64,000 bases of DNA, taken from assembly GCA_965242925.1 (NCBI GenBank), contig CBDEUM010000030.1, forward strand, positions 1-64,000, written 5' to 3'. The first letter of the stretch is position 1, and each line of letters begins with the position of its first letter. This stretch comes from Roseibacillus sp. Its GTDB lineage: Bacteria > Verrucomicrobiota > Verrucomicrobiia > Verrucomicrobiales > Akkermansiaceae. A program made the position numbers and the translations under genes. Below, in pieces: positions 1-10,259 of the stretch. The notes beneath the pieces are model-generated. The model was not told the origin of the DNA. It ran no database searches and worked only from the letters and a program-made list of their open reading frames with translations.

Positions 1-381
1 GGGGTTGAGATTGTGATCCCGCAACCACTGGGGGCTGCGGTGGAAGGGAATGACGCCATTCTCGTTCTCCCGGTGGGGGTAACCGGGTTCATTACTGATC
101 CAGATTGGGATGGTCCGGAGGAAGGTGAGGGCTTCCGGCGGCACCTTGCCCAGGAAGTTCTCGAGGCCGATCCTGATCTGGGCCTCGATCTTCTTCTTCA
201 GTTCGGCGTCCTTGGCGATGGAGAGTTGAAGGTAGACGGTCCACCCGTGGATGGAGAGCTTCTCGTAGGTCCACTTCCGTTCCCCGTCCTTGAAGGTGAC
301 GGGGTGGGCCGCCCTGGCAGGACCTCCCGCAAGGCAGAGGGCGAGGAACAGGCCCGCGAGGAGGGTCCGGGGGGCGATCAT
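1..381 (-). CDS. Secreted hypothetical protein, probably zincin/metallopeptidase-like (partial, runs off the window edge)
   Basis: Not in the ORF track. ATG at 379-381 overlaps the TGA of the DUF1501 gene (ATGA). The frame is open to base 1: MIAPRTLLAGLFLALCLAGGPARAAHPVTFKDGERKWTYEKLSIHGWTVYLQ...FHRSPQWLRDHNLNP, with a clear signal peptide. Any catalytic motif would lie outside the window. Confidence 0.7.
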   Translation of the reverse strand, partial: MIAPRTLLAGLFLALCLAGGPARAAHPVTFKDGERKWTYEKLSIHGWTVYLQLSIAKDAELKKKIEAQIRIGLENFLGKVPPEALTFLRTIPIWISNEPGYPHRENENGVIPFHRSPQWLRDHNLNP

Positions 382-1823
382 GCGAGGATGTCCGTGAGCA
401 GTTCGCCGTGCACGTTGGTCAGGCGGCGCTGGATACCGTTGTGGTAGTAGCTCAACTTCTCGTGGTCGATGCCGAGGAGGTGCAGGACGGTGGCGTGGAA
501 ATCATGCCACGGAACCGGTTTCTCGACCGACTTGTAACCCACCTCGTCGGTGGACCCGTAGGTGATCCCCGGCTTCAGGCCCGCACCCGCCATCCAGCTG
601 GTGAAGCCGACGTGGTTGTGATCGCGCCCGGTGCCAACCTGGTCGGCGCCCGACTGGGTGAAGGGGGTCCGCCCGAACTCGGAGGTGAAGAGCACGAGGG
701 TGTCGTCCAGCATGCCACGCTGGCGCAGGTCCTTGATGAGGGCGGCCACCGGCTGGTCGATGCGGCCCGCTTCCCGGCCGTGGTTGCGCCGCATGTCCTC
801 GTGTCCGTCCCAGTTGATGCGGGGAGAACCGAAGGAGCCCCCGGAGAAAAGTTGCACGTGCCGCACCCCCCGCTCGAGGAGGCGCCGGGCGAGGAGGCAA
901 CTGCGCCCGAAGTCCCGGGTCTCGTCCTTGTTGAAGCCATACAGTTCCCGGGTGGCCTCGGTCTCCTTGTCGACGCCGGTGACCTCGGGAACCGCCAGCT
1001 GCATGTTGGCGGCCAGTTCGTAGCTCGCCATGCGGGCCGAAAAGGCGTCCTCGGAGCCGTGTTCCTTCATGTGCGCCTCGTTCATCTTCTCCAGCAGGAT
1101 GCGGCTCTCGTGGTCGACGCGCTTCTCGATCTTGCGGGCCGGGAAGAGGTTGGTGATGGCCTCCCCTTCCCCCTTGGTGCGGAAGGGCACGCCCTGGTGC
1201 ACCGCGGGCAAAAATCCGTTGGTCCAGTTACTGGTGGAACCGGCGGGCATGCCGCGGGAATCAGGAAGGACCACGTAGGTGGGGAGATTCTCGGTCTGGT
1301 TGCCCAGTCCGTAGGAGACCCACGATCCCATCACCGGGAAGCCATTGAGGCGGAAGCCGCTGCTCTCCTGGAAGGTGGCCGGGGTGTGACTGGAGGACTC
1401 GGCCACCATCGAGTTGATGACGGTCAGTTCGTCCGCCACGGTGGCGATGTTGGGAAAGAGGTCGGAGACCCAGAGCCCGCTCTTCCCACGCTGCTTGAAT
1501 TCCCAGTCGTTCTTGCGCAGGAGGCCCACTTTCCCGAAGAAGACGTCCGGCTTCTCATCGGTCTGCAGGGACTTGCCGTGCAACTCCTGGAGCCGGGGCT
1601 TGTAGTCAAAGGTGTCGACCTGGCTGAAGCCCCCGCAGAGGCAGAGGTGAATCACCCGCTTGGCCTTGGGGGCGTAATGGGATTCTACCGGTTGCGAGGC
1701 GTAGCCTTCCCGGATGAGGAGCGAGGAAAGGGCGGCCCCGGTCAGGCCTCGCTGGGTCCAGTTGAAGAAATCGCGGCGACTCGGTAAACCCCCGGGCAGT
1801 TTGCTGTTCTGGGAAAGACTCAT
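378..1823 (-). CDS. DUF1501 family protein (PVC sulfatase-like) with Tat signal
   Basis: SRRDFF twin-arginine motif; KAKRVIHLCLCGGFSQVDTFDYKP, WDGH, SEFGRTP, GRDH and RRLTNVHG motifs typical of DUF1501. Confidence 0.92.
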   Translation of the reverse strand: MSLSQNSKLPGGLPSRRDFFNWTQRGLTGAALSSLLIREGYASQPVESHYAPKAKRVIHLCLCGGFSQVDTFDYKPRLQELHGKSLQTDEKPDVFFGKVGLLRKNDWEFKQRGKSGLWVSDLFPNIATVADELTVINSMVAESSSHTPATFQESSGFRLNGFPVMGSWVSYGLGNQTENLPTYVVLPDSRGMPAGSTSNWTNGFLPAVHQGVPFRTKGEGEAITNLFPARKIEKRVDHESRILLEKMNEAHMKEHGSEDAFSARMASYELAANMQLAVPEVTGVDKETEATRELYGFNKDETRDFGRSCLLARRLLERGVRHVQLFSGGSFGSPRINWDGHEDMRRNHGREAGRIDQPVAALIKDLRQRGMLDDTLVLFTSEFGRTPFTQSGADQVGTGRDHNHVGFTSWMAGAGLKPGITYGSTDEVGYKSVEKPVPWHDFHATVLHLLGIDHEKLSYYHNGIQRRLTNVHGELLTDILA

Positions 1824-1841
1824 GACGAAAAACGCTGAGGA

Positions 1842-4481
1842 TCAGTTCAAATAGAGAAATTCATTGGCGTTGAAGAGGACCCGGCAGAAGGCTGCCAGTC
1901 CATTCTCCTTGACGAACCCAAGACCAAGATTGAGGTCCTGGGGGGTGGCGGGACGACCAAAGGCGAGTTCGAAGGCGTGTCCGATCTGCTTCTGCTCGTC
2001 CCCCGGCATGGCTTCCAGTCGCTTGGCCATTTCCTCCGACATCCGAATGACGAAGGAGGTGTTCATCAGGGAGAGCGCTCCCAGCGGAGTGGTGGTCACG
2101 CTACGCACGGGAGCTGCTGAAGAGGGATCGGGACAGTCGAGGGGGGCGAGCAGGGGGTGGACACTCCCCCGGGCCCAGGTGCGGTAGATACTGCGGCGAT
2201 TGAACTCCGGTCCCTCAGGGTCGATCGGATCGTAGACCCACGAACCCTTGTGGTTGTACATCTTGAAATCGCGGTAGCCCGGACCACCAGCCACCGGGTT
2301 GAGGGCCCCGGAAGCGGCGAGGATGGAATCGCGGATCGATTCCGCCTCCAGTCGCATCGGGGCGCGCCGCCAGAGATAGATATTGCCGGCGTCCACCTGC
2401 TGGGCCCTGACATTGGTTCGTGAGCTTTGCCGGTAGGTGGCCGAGGAGACGATGAGCTTGTGCATCTTCTTGAGGCTCCATCCCCGGGCCCGGAACTCGG
2501 CCGCGAGCCAGTCGAGGAGTTTCGGATGGGAGGGCTTCCCGCCACTGAAACCAAGATCATTGGGGGTCTTCACCAGGCCCTGTCCGAAGTGGTAGTGCCA
2601 GAGCCGGTTCGCCATCACCCGGGCAAGGAGAGGGTTGTCCTCATGGCCCACCCACTCCGCCAGTTTGCGGCGGCGCTCGCCCTCCGAGGCATTGGACTTG
2701 AGCCCGAAGTCGGAAGAAAGGCCATTGCGAAGGGACGCCACTCCGCCGGCCGATACTTCTTCTCCCTTTTCGAAGGGACTGCCTCGCACCAGGAGGTGGC
2801 GCACCGGGGCCCCCTTGGGAGTGACGGCGTAGACCTTCTTCTGTCCCTGCTTGCTGACCTCGGCGTTCAGGCGGGCGATGTCGGCCTTCCACTTCTCCCG
2901 GGTCGTCTTCTGTTCGTCGGTCAGGGCCGCGATGAGATCCGCCTCGGTGACAATCCTCACATCGGCCGAGAGCGCGATCTGCTCAGCGGTGAGGGCCCGG
3001 TCATACAGCTGGGCCCGGTCGATACGTCCCGCCAGCATGCGTTTTCCATCAGAAGAGGTTCCATGCCTCATCCCGAGGATGACCTGGCTGTTTCCGGCAC
3101 CATAGGTCACCACCCCCGTCTTGTAGCTCTTGCCGTAGGGACGCCCGTTCCGGTAACCGGTGATGGTGCCATCCTCCTGGTAGACGATGGCCATGTGGAC
3201 GAACTGGGACTGGGCCTCCTTTTCCTGATCCCCGCCAAAACTCGAGGTGCGCCGGTATCCTGAACTGCCCGACATCCAGCGGCCCGCCTCCCGTTCCCCG
3301 AACACGATGGCGTCAAAGGGCTCCCCGGAGGTTCCCTGGATTCCAATTGCTCCCCCGCCCCTCTGGCCCAGGTTGTCCAGTTTGACCCATGCTTCCAGGG
3401 TGCGGGCCTTGATGGCTTTCGTCAGGGGAGCGGTCAGGACAAAGCCCGTCTTTCCATCGACCACGAGCGCTCCCCCTTCCACCCGGGCCGTGCCTCGTGC
3501 TTCCCCGTGCAGGGCCCCGATCTCGTCACGCAGGTCCTTGTCGAAAGACCATCGTGAGACCGGTTGCGGCAGATCGCCTCTTTCATTCTTCGTTCCCTTC
3601 TCCTCCAGCTTAGCGAGAAGGCGCTTGCGCACCACCCCGTCCGCCTCGGTCAGCTTGCTGGAGAGCGCTTCGATTTCCTTGCGCTTCCCGGTCACGTTCA
3701 CCCCGGCGGGCACATTGCGATCACCGCGATGCACCCCCGCCAGGGCCGAGGCCATCTGGAAGTATTCCTTCTGCGCAATGGGATCAAACTTGTGATCGTG
3801 ACAGCGGGCACAGTTCACCGTCAGCCCGAGGAAACTCTGGGCCACCGTTCCCACGACGTCGGACATTTCATCCTCCCGCATGATCTTGCGCTGCTTGTCC
3901 CCGTTGGGCTTGAGCCCGTCGAAGGCCCCGCAGACGAGAAACCCGGTGGCGGTGATGGCACCGGGATGACCCGGTTCGAGGACATCCCCTGCGATCTGCC
4001 ACTTCACGAACTGGTCGTAGGGCATGTCCGCGTTCAGGGCATCTATCACCCAGTCCCGGTAGGTCCATGCGTTCGGTCGCAACTGATCGTATTCAAAGCC
4101 ATTGCTCTCGCCATAGCGGGCCACATCGAGCCAGTGGCGGGCCCAGCGTTCCCCATAATGCGGCGAGGCCAGCAGGACATCAATGTCAGCACCGGCACCA
4201 GGCACCGGAGGCAGGCCGGTCAGGCCATAGTGCAGCCGGCGACGGATCACCCCCTCACTCGCTTCCGGGGCCGGCTCCAGTCCCATTTCCTCAAGCTTGG
4301 AAAGGATGAAGGCATCGATGGGGTTTCTCACCCAGTCGGCTTTCTTCACGGCCGGCACCTCCGGTCGCGCCACAGGTTGTAACGACCACCAGTCCCCGCC
4401 TGCGCGCTCCTCGCCCCGGAGGACTCCTGTCAGGCTAAGCACCACCGCTGCCGGAAGCAGGATTCTGGGGAAGGTCATCAT
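1842..4481 (-). CDS. DUF1549/DUF1553 (PSCyt2/PSD1) protein with inserted LamG-like domain
   Basis: Signal peptide; NPIDAFI, HYGERWARHWLDVARY, CARCHDHKFDP, ARVMANRLWHYHFGQGLV and SHPKLLDWLA motifs; central LamG-type segment (TLEAWVK...HMAIVY...YDRALT). Confidence 0.92.
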   Translation of the reverse strand: MMTFPRILLPAAVVLSLTGVLRGEERAGGDWWSLQPVARPEVPAVKKADWVRNPIDAFILSKLEEMGLEPAPEASEGVIRRRLHYGLTGLPPVPGAGADIDVLLASPHYGERWARHWLDVARYGESNGFEYDQLRPNAWTYRDWVIDALNADMPYDQFVKWQIAGDVLEPGHPGAITATGFLVCGAFDGLKPNGDKQRKIMREDEMSDVVGTVAQSFLGLTVNCARCHDHKFDPIAQKEYFQMASALAGVHRGDRNVPAGVNVTGKRKEIEALSSKLTEADGVVRKRLLAKLEEKGTKNERGDLPQPVSRWSFDKDLRDEIGALHGEARGTARVEGGALVVDGKTGFVLTAPLTKAIKARTLEAWVKLDNLGQRGGGAIGIQGTSGEPFDAIVFGEREAGRWMSGSSGYRRTSSFGGDQEKEAQSQFVHMAIVYQEDGTITGYRNGRPYGKSYKTGVVTYGAGNSQVILGMRHGTSSDGKRMLAGRIDRAQLYDRALTAEQIALSADVRIVTEADLIAALTDEQKTTREKWKADIARLNAEVSKQGQKKVYAVTPKGAPVRHLLVRGSPFEKGEEVSAGGVASLRNGLSSDFGLKSNASEGERRRKLAEWVGHEDNPLLARVMANRLWHYHFGQGLVKTPNDLGFSGGKPSHPKLLDWLAAEFRARGWSLKKMHKLIVSSATYRQSSRTNVRAQQVDAGNIYLWRRAPMRLEAESIRDSILAASGALNPVAGGPGYRDFKMYNHKGSWVYDPIDPEGPEFNRRSIYRTWARGSVHPLLAPLDCPDPSSAAPVRSVTTTPLGALSLMNTSFVIRMSEEMAKRLEAMPGDEQKQIGHAFELAFGRPATPQDLNLGLGFVKENGLAAFCRVLFNANEFLYLN

Positions 4482-4557
4482 TGGAGGAGTCTTCCTCCCT
4501 CCTATTCTAATGGCAAGGCAAAGGCTCGCCCTAACCCCAAGAGTTCATGGCTTTCCA

Positions 4558-5526
4558 CTACCGGAAGAGGGGAAAGTTCGCACCGGCCACCAGCGAGTAG
4601 CACTCGCGGATGGTACCCACCAGCTCCCGTTGTCCCTTCTCCATGGCGTGACTTTCCATGTTACGCATGATCCGCAGGATGGTCAGGCGGGTCGGCGACT
4701 CCAACAGGTGCTCGTCGGCATCAAATCCCGGGACCGTCATGCTCAGTTCCCGCACACTGGTCTCCCGCCACCCTTCAAAGGGATTGATGATGATGTCCTT
4801 TTCAGGCTCACCAGCGGGGACCTTCCCTCCGTCATACTTGATCATGTAACGGCCCGGAATTCCCAACCCCACGACGGGAAGCTCCAACCGCCGGGAAACT
4901 GCCACCGCGATCTCCGATAGCAGAATGGGCAGTCCCTTCCTTCGCGTTATCACCCGATGCACCGAACTGTTGTCGGGGTGCTGGTAGGTGATTCTATCGC
5001 CCGCAAGGCCGTATTGATCCTTCAGGACCGCAATCAGCGCCGCCATGGCCTGGGCCGGTGGTCGGACCATCGGCTCACCCCCCTCCCCGAGTTTCTTCCG
5101 CACCGCAGCGGCTATTTCGTCGAGGGCTTCGGTGACCACTTTCTTCTCCAATTCAGGATCTAGCAGGAGAGCAATCGCCCACATGGCATGCTCCACCTCA
5201 AGATCGGCATCGGCCAGCTTGCCAATCCGCTCGAATTCTCCCCGGATGATCCCTTCCCGGATCCTGCGGACCAACTTGACCGCCCGAACCCGCTTTTCCG
5301 GGGAGTCGCTCCGGCTCGCTTCCAGGAGCGCTGGAAGAGCGTCCTTTCCAAGTCCCAGGAGTTTCTCGTCTGCTTCGTTACGCACCTCAAAACTCTCATC
5401 ATCGAGACTCTCAATGAGAGCCTCTATCCCGGGCTCGGACTCCCCGGGCACGGGAGAGCCCATTACGCCCACCACGAAGAGAACCAGTCCGAGGAAGGCC
5501 GCGTCTCTTGATCGGGGAACAGGCAT
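4558..5526 (-). CDS. SirB1/transglutaminase-like family protein with N-terminal signal/TM and HEAT repeat
   Basis: LIESLDDESFEVRNEA HEAT-like repeat; NSSVHRVITRRKGLPILLS...LGIPGRYM...INPF core of the Transglut_core2/SirB1 family. Confidence 0.75.
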   Translation of the reverse strand: MPVPRSRDAAFLGLVLFVVGVMGSPVPGESEPGIEALIESLDDESFEVRNEADEKLLGLGKDALPALLEASRSDSPEKRVRAVKLVRRIREGIIRGEFERIGKLADADLEVEHAMWAIALLLDPELEKKVVTEALDEIAAAVRKKLGEGGEPMVRPPAQAMAALIAVLKDQYGLAGDRITYQHPDNSSVHRVITRRKGLPILLSEIAVAVSRRLELPVVGLGIPGRYMIKYDGGKVPAGEPEKDIIINPFEGWRETSVRELSMTVPGFDADEHLLESPTRLTILRIMRNMESHAMEKGQRELVGTIRECYSLVAGANFPLFR

Positions 5527-5789
5527 GGGTCTTCAGCCGTGATACTTCATCAGGGGAGCAAGTGCGACCCAGATCTTAACCTCCTCGACCCCGGGCCGAT
5601 GCCACGAGTTCGTGCTGCCCACGCCCCCCGAGCATAAAAAGATTGCGGCTCCCGGCCGAAAACGGAGCAAAGTTTTTAACGATTTCTCCCAGGCCGGGAT
5701 TCCCTGCCGGATGAGCTGCATTGGCCTTGCCTTGACCGGGGGCACTCCTACTCTCGATCGCTTCCGGGGCAACCGGGAAGCACACCTTC

Positions 5790-8700
5790 ATGGACCGTCT
5801 CTTCGTCGAAAAGAAACCCGAGTTCAACTCCGCTTCCGGTCCCCTCCTCAACGACCTCAAGGTCAACCTGCAACTGGGTGGACTCGAGTCCCTGCGCATC
5901 GTCCAGCGCTACGACCTCGAGGGTCTCGAGCCCGCCCAGTTCGAGGCCGCCCGCCGCCTCATTCTCTCCGAGCCCCAGGTCGACACCACCAGTCGCGAAC
6001 TTCCCCTCGGGGATGGAGAGCAATGGTTCGCGGTCGAGTATCTGCCCGGCCAGTTTGACCAGCGTGCCGACTCGGCGGCCCAGTGCGTCCAGATCCTGAC
6101 CCAGCAGCAGCGACCCCTCATCGCCTCGGCCCAGGTCATCATCCTCAAGGGATCGCTCAGCGAAGAGGATCTCCCACGAATCAAGGAGTTCACCATCAAC
6201 ACGGTCGACTCCCGTGAATCCCCTCTTGAGCCACCCGAGACCCTCGCCCTCACTACCACTCCGCCCCCGGATGTCGAGATCCTCGCCGGTTTCCGGGAAC
6301 GCGACGAACCCGCCCTCGATGCCCTGCGCCAGGAACTGGGCCTCGCCATGAGCGTGGCCGATCTTGCCTTCTGCGGTGAATACTTCAGGGATGAGGAGCA
6401 TCGCGACCCCACTATCACGGAGATCCGGATGCTCGACACTTACTGGTCCGATCACTGTCGGCACACCACCTTCCTGACCAGCATCGAGGAGATCGCCTTC
6501 GACCCCGGCACCGAGGCCATCGAGGAGAGCTACAATCTCTACCAGGCCGCCCGCGCCGGGGTGTATGGCGACGAGGAACGTCCCATCACCATGATGGACA
6601 TCGCCCTGATGGGAATGAAGGAACTTCGCAAATCCGGCGAACTCCCCAACATCGAGGTCTCTCGAGAGATCAACGCCGCCAGCATCGTTGTTCCCGTCGA
6701 CGTCGATGGCCGGGAAGAAGAGTGGTTGGTCATGTTCAAGAACGAGACCCACAACCACCCCACCGAGATCGAGCCCTTCGGCGGAGCGGCCACCTGCCTG
6801 GGCGGCGCCATCCGCGACCCCCTCTCGGGCCGCTCCTACGTCTACCAGGCCATGCGGGTGACCGGGGCCGGCGATCCACGGGCCCCCTTCGAGCAGACCC
6901 TCCCGGGCAAACTCCCTCAGCGCAAGATCTGCCAGATTGCGGCCCAGGGTTACAGTTCCTACGGCAACCAGATAGGCCTTCCCACCGGGCAGGTTTCGGA
7001 GATCTACCATCCCGGCTATGTGGCCAAACGGATGGAGGTCGGAGCGGTCATCGCAGCTGCTCCTCGTATGAACGTCTTTCGTGGCGAACCAGCCACCGGC
7101 GACGCCATCCTCCTCATCGGCGGCCGGACCGGGCGCGACGGCGTGGGCGGAGCCACCGGTTCCTCCAAGCAGCACACCGACACCGCCCTCGAGAACAGCG
7201 CCGAGGTCCAGAAGGGCGACGCCCCCACCGAACGCAAGATCCAGCGCCTTTTCCGCAACCCGGAATTCGCGAAACGAATCAAGGTCTGCAATGACTTCGG
7301 GGCCGGAGGGGTCTCGGTGGCGATCGGGGAAATCGCCGACAGCCTCGAGATCAATCTCGACAAGGTTCCCAAGAAATACGACGGCCTCGACGGTACGGAA
7401 CTGGCCATTTCCGAGTCGCAGGAGCGCATGGCGATCCTCGTCGAGGCTGCTGACATCGACTTCTTCATCGCGGAAGCGGACAAGGAGAACCTCGAGTGCA
7501 CTCACGTGGCCGAGGTGGCCGATCATGGGCGACTCCGCATCAACTGGCGGGGTCAACCCGTCGTCGATCTCAGCCGGGCCTTCCTCGACACCAACGGGGT
7601 GCAGGGAAGCGGACGGGTCCAGGTGAGCGCCGCCCCCGCGGAAGGACCACTGGGGAACGCCCTTGGGTCTCTTCCAGAAACCGACGATCTGCAGGCAAGA
7701 TTCACTGCCATCCTCTCGGATCTCAACTCCGCCTGCCAGAAGGGACTGGGAGAAATGTTCGACGGCTCGGTGGGCGCGGGAACGGTCCTCTGGCCCTTCG
7801 GCGGCGCACACCAGTCCACCCCCCCGGATGCCATGGTCGCCAAGATTCCCCTTCTGGAGGGCGAAACCGACACCTGCACCCTCATGAGCTGGGGCTTCAA
7901 CCCCCGCATTGCGAGCTGGAGCCCCTACCACGGGGCAATTTACGCAGTCACCGAGTCGGTCTGCCGGATTGTCTCTGCCGGGGGCCGCCTCTCCGACATC
8001 CACCTCACCCTGCAGGAATATTTCGAGAAGTTGCACGACGACCCGCGTAGGTGGGGCAAGCCTTTCAGCGCCCTCCTCGGGGCCTATCACGTCCAGAATG
8101 CCCTTCGACTCGCCGCCATCGGGGGCAAGGACAGCATGTCAGGCTCCTTCAATGACCTCGATGTCCCGCCCACCCTCGTCTCCTTTGCGGTGGCCCCGGG
8201 AAGATGCAGCACCACGATTTCCCCCGAGTTCAAGCAGGCTGGCAGCATTGTCTCCCTCGTCAACGTTCCACGGGACGACCACAAGCGTCCGGATTTTGAG
8301 GCCCTCCGGAAAATCGCGGATCAACTCCATGCCCTCGCTTCCGGAGGCGGAATTCTCGCCATGCACAGTCTCGGCGAAGGAGGCCTCGCCGCGGGGCTGG
8401 TCAGGATGGCTGCCGGCAATGAACTCGGGTTCCGCGCGGGCGAGAGCCTTGACCCTGCCGACCTCTTCCATGAGCGCTACGCCGCCTTTGTGGTCGAATC
8501 CCCTGCCTCTCTTGCCCTCGAGGGGACCTTGGAGATCGGGCAGACGATTGCCGATCCCTGCATACAAATAGGGCCCGAGTCCCTTCCCCTCAATGACTTG
8601 CTCGAAACCTGGCGTGCTCCGCTGGAGGGGATCTACCGCACCCGGGCCGACTCCCCGCACCCAGGGATCGAGACCTTCCGGCATGCCGGGGGACCCCGCA

Positions 8701-9524
8701 TTGGCCCTCCTCGGAAGGGAACAGCCAAGCCCCTCGCCATCATCCCCGCCTTCCCCGGCACGAACTCTGAGTATGACTCCGCCCGCTCCATCCGGGACGC
8801 CGGCGGGGAGGCTGAGATCCTCATCTTCCGCAATCTCACCTCCCAGGCCGTCGACGAATCCCTGCAGGCCCTCGCCGAGGCCATCAGCAGAGCCCAGATC
8901 CTCTTCATTCCCGGGGGATTCAGTGCCGGGGATGAACCGGACGGATCCGGCAAGTTCATCGCCACCGTCCTACGAAGTCCCCTCGTCCGCGATGCCGTGA
9001 TGAATCTCATCGCCGGGCGGGACGGACTGGTCCTCGGGATTTGCAACGGATTCCAGGCCCTCATCAAGACCGGCCTCGTTCCCTTCGGTGAAATCCGTGA
9101 TCCCGAACCGGATGCCCCCACCCTCACCTTCAACGACATCGGGCGCCACGTATCCTGCTACGTGACCACCCGCATTGCCTCCAACCTGTCCCCGTGGCTC
9201 TCCCAGTGCAGCATAGACGACCTGTACCGGATCCCGGTCTCCCACGGAGAGGGAAAGTTCTACGCTTCACCGGAGCAGATCCGTGAACTGTCCGCCAATG
9301 GCCAGGTCGCCACCCAGTATTGCGACCACGACGGCAATCCCAGCATGGACATCCCGCACAACCCCAACGGTTCCCTCTTTGCGGTGGAAGGGATCACCAG
9401 CCCCTGCGGACGGGTTCTCGGCAAGATGGCCCACACCGAACGCCGCGGAACCGATATCGCCAGGAATATCCCGGGGGAGAAACACCAGCCCCTCTTTGAA
9501 AGCGGAGTGAGCTACTTCCAGTAG
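5790..9524 (+). CDS. purL: Phosphoribosylformylglycinamidine synthase, large single-chain (clostridial-type) form
   Basis: DTYWSDHCRH, KNETHNHPTEIEPFGGAATCLGGAIRDPLSGR, ISESQERM, GGKDSMSG; glutaminase domain PGGFSAGD, GICNGFQ, GKMAHTER. Confidence 0.97.
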   Translation: MDRLFVEKKPEFNSASGPLLNDLKVNLQLGGLESLRIVQRYDLEGLEPAQFEAARRLILSEPQVDTTSRELPLGDGEQWFAVEYLPGQFDQRADSAAQCVQILTQQQRPLIASAQVIILKGSLSEEDLPRIKEFTINTVDSRESPLEPPETLALTTTPPPDVEILAGFRERDEPALDALRQELGLAMSVADLAFCGEYFRDEEHRDPTITEIRMLDTYWSDHCRHTTFLTSIEEIAFDPGTEAIEESYNLYQAARAGVYGDEERPITMMDIALMGMKELRKSGELPNIEVSREINAASIVVPVDVDGREEEWLVMFKNETHNHPTEIEPFGGAATCLGGAIRDPLSGRSYVYQAMRVTGAGDPRAPFEQTLPGKLPQRKICQIAAQGYSSYGNQIGLPTGQVSEIYHPGYVAKRMEVGAVIAAAPRMNVFRGEPATGDAILLIGGRTGRDGVGGATGSSKQHTDTALENSAEVQKGDAPTERKIQRLFRNPEFAKRIKVCNDFGAGGVSVAIGEIADSLEINLDKVPKKYDGLDGTELAISESQERMAILVEAADIDFFIAEADKENLECTHVAEVADHGRLRINWRGQPVVDLSRAFLDTNGVQGSGRVQVSAAPAEGPLGNALGSLPETDDLQARFTAILSDLNSACQKGLGEMFDGSVGAGTVLWPFGGAHQSTPPDAMVAKIPLLEGETDTCTLMSWGFNPRIASWSPYHGAIYAVTESVCRIVSAGGRLSDIHLTLQEYFEKLHDDPRRWGKPFSALLGAYHVQNALRLAAIGGKDSMSGSFNDLDVPPTLVSFAVAPGRCSTTISPEFKQAGSIVSLVNVPRDDHKRPDFEALRKIADQLHALASGGGILAMHSLGEGGLAAGLVRMAAGNELGFRAGESLDPADLFHERYAAFVVESPASLALEGTLEIGQTIADPCIQIGPESLPLNDLLETWRAPLEGIYRTRADSPHPGIETFRHAGGPRIGPPRKGTAKPLAIIPAFPGTNSEYDSARSIRDAGGEAEILIFRNLTSQAVDESLQALAEAISRAQILFIPGGFSAGDEPDGSGKFIATVLRSPLVRDAVMNLIAGRDGLVLGICNGFQALIKTGLVPFGEIRDPEPDAPTLTFNDIGRHVSCYVTTRIASNLSPWLSQCSIDDLYRIPVSHGEGKFYASPEQIRELSANGQVATQYCDHDGNPSMDIPHNPNGSLFAVEGITSPCGRVLGKMAHTERRGTDIARNIPGEKHQPLFESGVSYFQ

Positions 9525-9602
9525 GGCCGCTACCGCACGAACGGGGGCATCATCCATGGGGCCGGAACTTGAAGGACCGTTGCCACCCTTTCCCGGCAAT
9601 CC

Positions 9603-10247
9603 CTAGGCCTTGCGCGCCTCAATTACCCCGTTTTCCATTCTCAGGACACAATCGGCCAACTGATCGGCCTCCCAGCTGCTGTGAGTGACATGCAGGACAG
9701 TGACCGCATGCTCCTTCTGTATCCTCTTGAGGAGAGCCATCATCCCCTCGCGCATGTCCTCGTCGAGAGCCGAGATGGGTTCATCGAGAAGGAGTACCCG
9801 AGGCTCCACCGCGAGGGCCCGACCAAGAGCCACCCGCTGCCTTTCTCCCCCGGAGAGTCCGTGAACACGACGTTCGAGAAGATGCGCAATTCCCAGTTCC
9901 TGCGCCAACCGTGAGACAGATTCATTGATATCATCCTTTGCTCTCCTGCGCACCTGGAGTCCGAAACCGATCTGTTCACCTACCGTCATGGTGGGGAAAA
10001 GAGCCCCGTCCTGGGGGACATAGCCGATGTTCCGATCGCCAGGCAGGCACCCGGTGACGTCCGCGCCAGCCACCATGACCCGGCCTGCCGACGGTTTGCG
10101 CAGGCCGCAGATGATTTCCACCACGGTGGTCTTTCCACAGCCGGTGGGTCCCATGAGGACGGCATAGTCCCCATCCTGAACTGCACAGTTCACACCCGTA
10201 AGTGAAAAATCATCCACTCGCCACGAGACGTTCTGAAGTTCAATCAT
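9603..10247 (-). CDS. modC: Molybdate/tungstate ABC transporter ATP-binding subunit (short, no TOBE domain)
   Basis: Walker A GPTGCGKT, signature LSGGERQR, LLLDEP, HVTH; adjacent to modB. Confidence 0.85.
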   Translation of the reverse strand: MIELQNVSWRVDDFSLTGVNCAVQDGDYAVLMGPTGCGKTTVVEIICGLRKPSAGRVMVAGADVTGCLPGDRNIGYVPQDGALFPTMTVGEQIGFGLQVRRRAKDDINESVSRLAQELGIAHLLERRVHGLSGGERQRVALGRALAVEPRVLLLDEPISALDEDMREGMMALLKRIQKEHAVTVLHVTHSSWEADQLADCVLRMENGVIEARKA

Positions 10248-10259
10248 CGTTCAAGATAG

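Noticed and set aside
5748..8090. Long antisense ORFs (also 408..1787, 10890..13754, 14336..16297, 23489..24883, 37131..38834, 57343..59055)
   Set aside because: They shadow well-supported genes on the opposite strand and have no motifs; expected in GC-rich DNA.
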